This document shows, one piece after another, positions 60,309-64,000 of a stretch of 64,000 bases of DNA. Each line of letters starts with the position of its first letter. The stretch's first letter is position 1. The DNA is from Lingula anatina. Lineage: Eukaryota > Animalia > Brachiopoda. The notes below the pieces were generated by a model. It made no database searches, was not told the origin of the DNA, and worked only from the letters and a program-made list of their open reading frames with translations. The stretch is taken from the NCBI GenBank assembly GCA_051362555.1, contig CM120640.1, positions 48,214,788 through 48,278,787 of the forward strand, read 5' to 3'. The position numbers and the translations under genes are program-made.

Positions 60309-60921
60309 CATAAAATTGGTTTCTCAAATTTCTCTTTAACCTGAGCACCCACGATCACCATTTCAATACCAATTTAATGACTCAATTTAGTACTCCAAAA
60401 CCCTGCCAGCAATTTTTCTTAAGTCAAAAGCAAAATAATACCTTTTTAATGAAAATCTGTAATTAGGGGCTCATATTCCATAACAAAATGTTTAAACCAA
60501 AATGACGGCACATAATTGTAGCCCATACATTTATCGTCAACTCTGCCAATTTAAAATCTTGTTCAGGGATGAAGTTACATACCATACCAATTGCTATCTC
60601 ACCTCAAAATAGAAAGGTGTTAAACTGATGATTAAAGATTTGAGTTGCCTATGCTTGAACATTGCAACAAGAAATAAAAATGCTGATATTTCATATTTGG
60701 GAGGGTTTTTTATTATTTTAAATCAGCACAAAGATAGATGCATTACTGAATAATTAGATGCAGGAAAAAAACTGGATGATAATAAAAGGTTACAATACCC
60801 TCAAACAAGTCAAGGTGTTTGGCAAACTCATCTTAGCACCAGCCCTATAAGGAGCTTGGATTCGCCATGATTTTTTTTTTTTTTTTTTTTTTGTAAGGCA
60901 CCCCTCCCTGATTTTTCTTAT

Positions 60922-60956
<35 letters not shown>

Positions 60957-61743
60957 GTTGGACCCTTTGAATAAGTCATCTTAACCTTTACCTTTGATAT
61001 TTCTTTAAAGCTGCACTTAAAAAGTTTGAGACATTCCCTTTAAAACAATTTCATGGAAGCATTTTCAATGTGAAATAATTTGTTTCTTTGAGGCAAACAA
61101 ATTTCATTTATTCCAATTGCCTGTGGTTGTAGTGGTATGGCAATATAACAGTGGGTGTAATGTGTCATAGTTAAAACAACAAACGAGTGAGCTTAAAAGC
61201 ATTTATTGCTTTTCTATCTAATAACACTTACCCTAACTACCCAAAAGTATTTAAGCTTTCCTATATATTAAAAAAAAAAAAAAAAAAAAAGAGTTCACAA
61301 ATTGGAGTTCATAAATTTAACTTGGCAGAGAATAGAAATCCTCACCCTTATCATAGCAGAAAGAATGGAATTTACTTTGAAGTGTGGCTATGATGAAATA
61401 AGTATCGGTGAGGGTGAGTGGGAATGAAAAAGAGGCAATTTCAGGCACGTTACTAAACACAAGCTTTCTGCTGCTGCCACTAGTGCTGCCGAAAGTGGAA
61501 TGATGAAGTTAAAAAATTTAAGTCTGTGAGGTGTACTGTACGTACATGATATGAGGAGAGCAGTAGATGTTGCATACACCTTGCTGAAGAGTGGATGACT
61601 GTATCTGACTTTTATGACCACAGGCAGCGAGGACAAAAGATCCAGGCATGATGTAACTCAAATATGAGACGTATATGCAAGATACACCACATCTGGGTAT
61701 TTTGCTCTTGACACTCATAGCAGTATAGCATAATATTACTTAA

Positions 61744-62255
61744 GGGAGTAACAATGCAGGGGGAGTAACAATATGGGAATAAAAAACAGATGACCCCATA
61801 TACAAGAACATTTGCATTAGCTGTATCTTGGACCCATTATGCAACAGCTGATGCAACCTAATGTGTAATGGCTCAGTTTAGGTTGAATGTACCAGTTTCT
61901 TGGCTGAAATCACACAAACTCTAAGTCTATATTTAAACAATAACAGTGCTTATTGACAGGTGCCTGTTATGCTATTGGAGATTCACCATATCTAAATCAT
62001 TTGTCCTTGACACTCCCCATGCTATAATATTATTTTTAGGGGAGAGTAACAATGCACGCATGTTAACAACCTAATGGGGAGTAATGATGCAGGGATATTG
62101 AAAAAAAAAATGACCACATTGTTTCTAACAAAACATTTTCTTTAGGACCATTATACAATCTACCAGTAGTGTCTTATGGGTCCATTAAAGCTGCATGTAC
62201 CCATTTCTTGGCTGAAGACGCACACATTTTAAGTCTGAATATAAACACTAACAGG
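61744..62255. repeat. Two degenerate direct copies of a ~200-bp unit
   Basis: GGAGTAAYRATGCAGG..ATGACC..CCATTAT..ATGTACC..TTTCTTGGCTGAA..TAAGTCT..AAACA.TAACAG at ~61744-61946 and ~62076-62255. Confidence 0.6.
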
Positions 62256-63424
62256 TTAAAGAAATTAATAACTTGACAGCAGATGTCAAAGTTTACAATA
62301 AAAAGAATTAAATGTCCCTACAAATCAATTTTCTTATAATGATTGATCGATCCATCTAAATGCCGAGGAAACAAGACTAGTGCAAGACATTATTTAAGTG
62401 TGCCAGAATTCTGTTATTCTGTTATATCTATAAAGGCATTTATTTCTAATACTTAATTGGTCTAAATGTGGCAAAATTAAGCCTGAGCTAATCAATGAGA
62501 TCCACCCTACCATGTACTCAAATCCTCAGAGCAGAGCACGTACACAAACACAAACAATCCTTCCATAACCACTTGAAGGATGTTCTTGTGTCTGTTTCCA
62601 TTTGGTACTTAATAAGCTTATTCCGCATAGATTTATGGTCTGTGAATTATTTGTATAAGGGCATATACAGCTGTTAACACATGTCTTTATAGATCAGATA
62701 CAGTGCTCTGTAATGGTAAGGTTGAAGATTACATACACAGAATAGCACTTACAGATCTGGATAAACACATGAACTGAATATCAAAGTGGTGAAATGCACG
62801 AAATAGTATCTTCCAATTATCAAATTCATAATATATGGCATAAATTGACCAAACAAAAACATGTCAAATTAACAAGAATGTTGACTCTGTAAGAAGATGG
62901 ATACAATAGATGCATCAATTTCACAGAAACAGTTTATGCAAGGTTTTTATTACAGTAAATACAGTAAAATAGTTTTGAACTTGATTTTGAAAAAAAAAGT
63001 CTGTCTTTATATTCTTCTTAATAAAAAATATAGAAAAAGTCTCCTGAATAATGAATAATCCTAAAAAATTAATAATCTCCAGTTTAAATAAATTTTGTTG
63101 GAACATGCCTGTAGTCTTCACAAGTAGTGACAATTGACCAAAGGTGACAATTAAGGTAAAAAAGTTGATTGCAAAGTATGGGAGTTAAACAGGAATATTA
63201 ATTGTTTTAATAACATTACTCTTTCTTGCTATACCAATTGTTATATACTTGCATAATTTGCAAACATGTAATGTTTGAAAGAGCTCATGAGTGCTTAAAT
63301 TAGGTAGCTCAGTCAATGTCTTCTGTGAAATAAAATTGACTTATCTATCACAGTCTGTCGTTAGTGCTGAGATTTTGCTTTGACCATAATCACAGAAGAT
63401 TTCCAACATACCAGTAGGATTCAA

Positions 63425-63710
63425 TGAGCGCACTCAGAACAGATGATCCATGGACTTACTGATCTGGCGACAAAATATGGCTGACCCCACTTAAAAGCGA
63501 TGCCGCTAATTCCATGATGGTCTCCCCACCTCCAATCGTGTCGTTGCTGTATGGGCCTCAAAATTAAACCTTGGAGCCAAGGTTTTATTTGTTTAAAATG
63601 GTGGTTGTGGAGGTGGGGAGACCATCAGGGAATTAGCAGCATTGCTTTTAAGTGGGCCACCCATATTTAGTCCACAGATCTGTTAAATCAACTTATTCTG
63701 AATGTACTCA
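63425..63710. mobile_element. Degenerate palindromic MITE-like element
   Basis: CCCACTTAAAAGCGATGCCGCTAATTCCATGATGGTCTCCCCACCTCCA is inverted relative to TGGAGGTGGGGAGACCATCAGGGAATTAGCAGCATTGCTTTTAAGTGGG; outer arms are weaker; internal hairpin AAACCTTGG..CCAAGGTTT. Confidence 0.7.
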
Positions 63711-64000
63711 ATTTCTAACCACCCTGTCCTGAATGTTAAAATGGATGGCTGTCTCGATCAGACTTGCTTTGTTTACATAAGGAATCACACAGCCATGGGG
63801 AAATTTTTTGATACAGCATGGACCTTACAGTAATAATTGATTGCATAATGTCAATGTATTTGAATAATACTGACCAATTTTATCAAGGACTGGTTTCATA
63901 AAAGAATTTAGTCAGAAGTTGGCATTATCTATAATGACAGAAACAGAACAAAAATTTTGTTCCACTTTGAGATATGGGATTAAATCAGTGGTAGTCCACT

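Overview
AT-rich, intron-rich animal genomic DNA, probably from an invertebrate; the taxon cannot be fixed from the sequence alone. No rRNA, tRNA, CRISPR or prokaryotic features were seen. Three complete spliced genes could be rebuilt by hand with GT-AG junctions and consistent phases. (1) Minus strand, 8967-2422: a secreted trypsin-type serine protease with a Cys-rich domain and five TSP1 repeats; four of the repeats come from a recent ~870-bp tandem duplication of two exons. (2) Minus strand, 26770-10978: a ~1600-aa hillarin/KY-family protein with no LIM domain and two tandem transglutaminase-like modules, both lacking the catalytic Cys, joined by a linker rich in FPPPP motifs. (3) Plus strand, 31766-49400, head-to-head with gene 2: a ~2090-aa ATRX-subfamily SNF2 ATPase with no ADD zinc finger and, instead, a coiled-coil region built from small phase-0 exons. 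The last 14 kb is mostly non-coding. It holds a candidate signal-peptide exon (52843-52954), two abutting PIF/Harbinger-type MITEs (one carrying a possible transposase N-terminal remnant) and several other palindromic elements. Gene models are manual and unvalidated by RNA data, and the novelty of these architectures cannot be confirmed without database searches.
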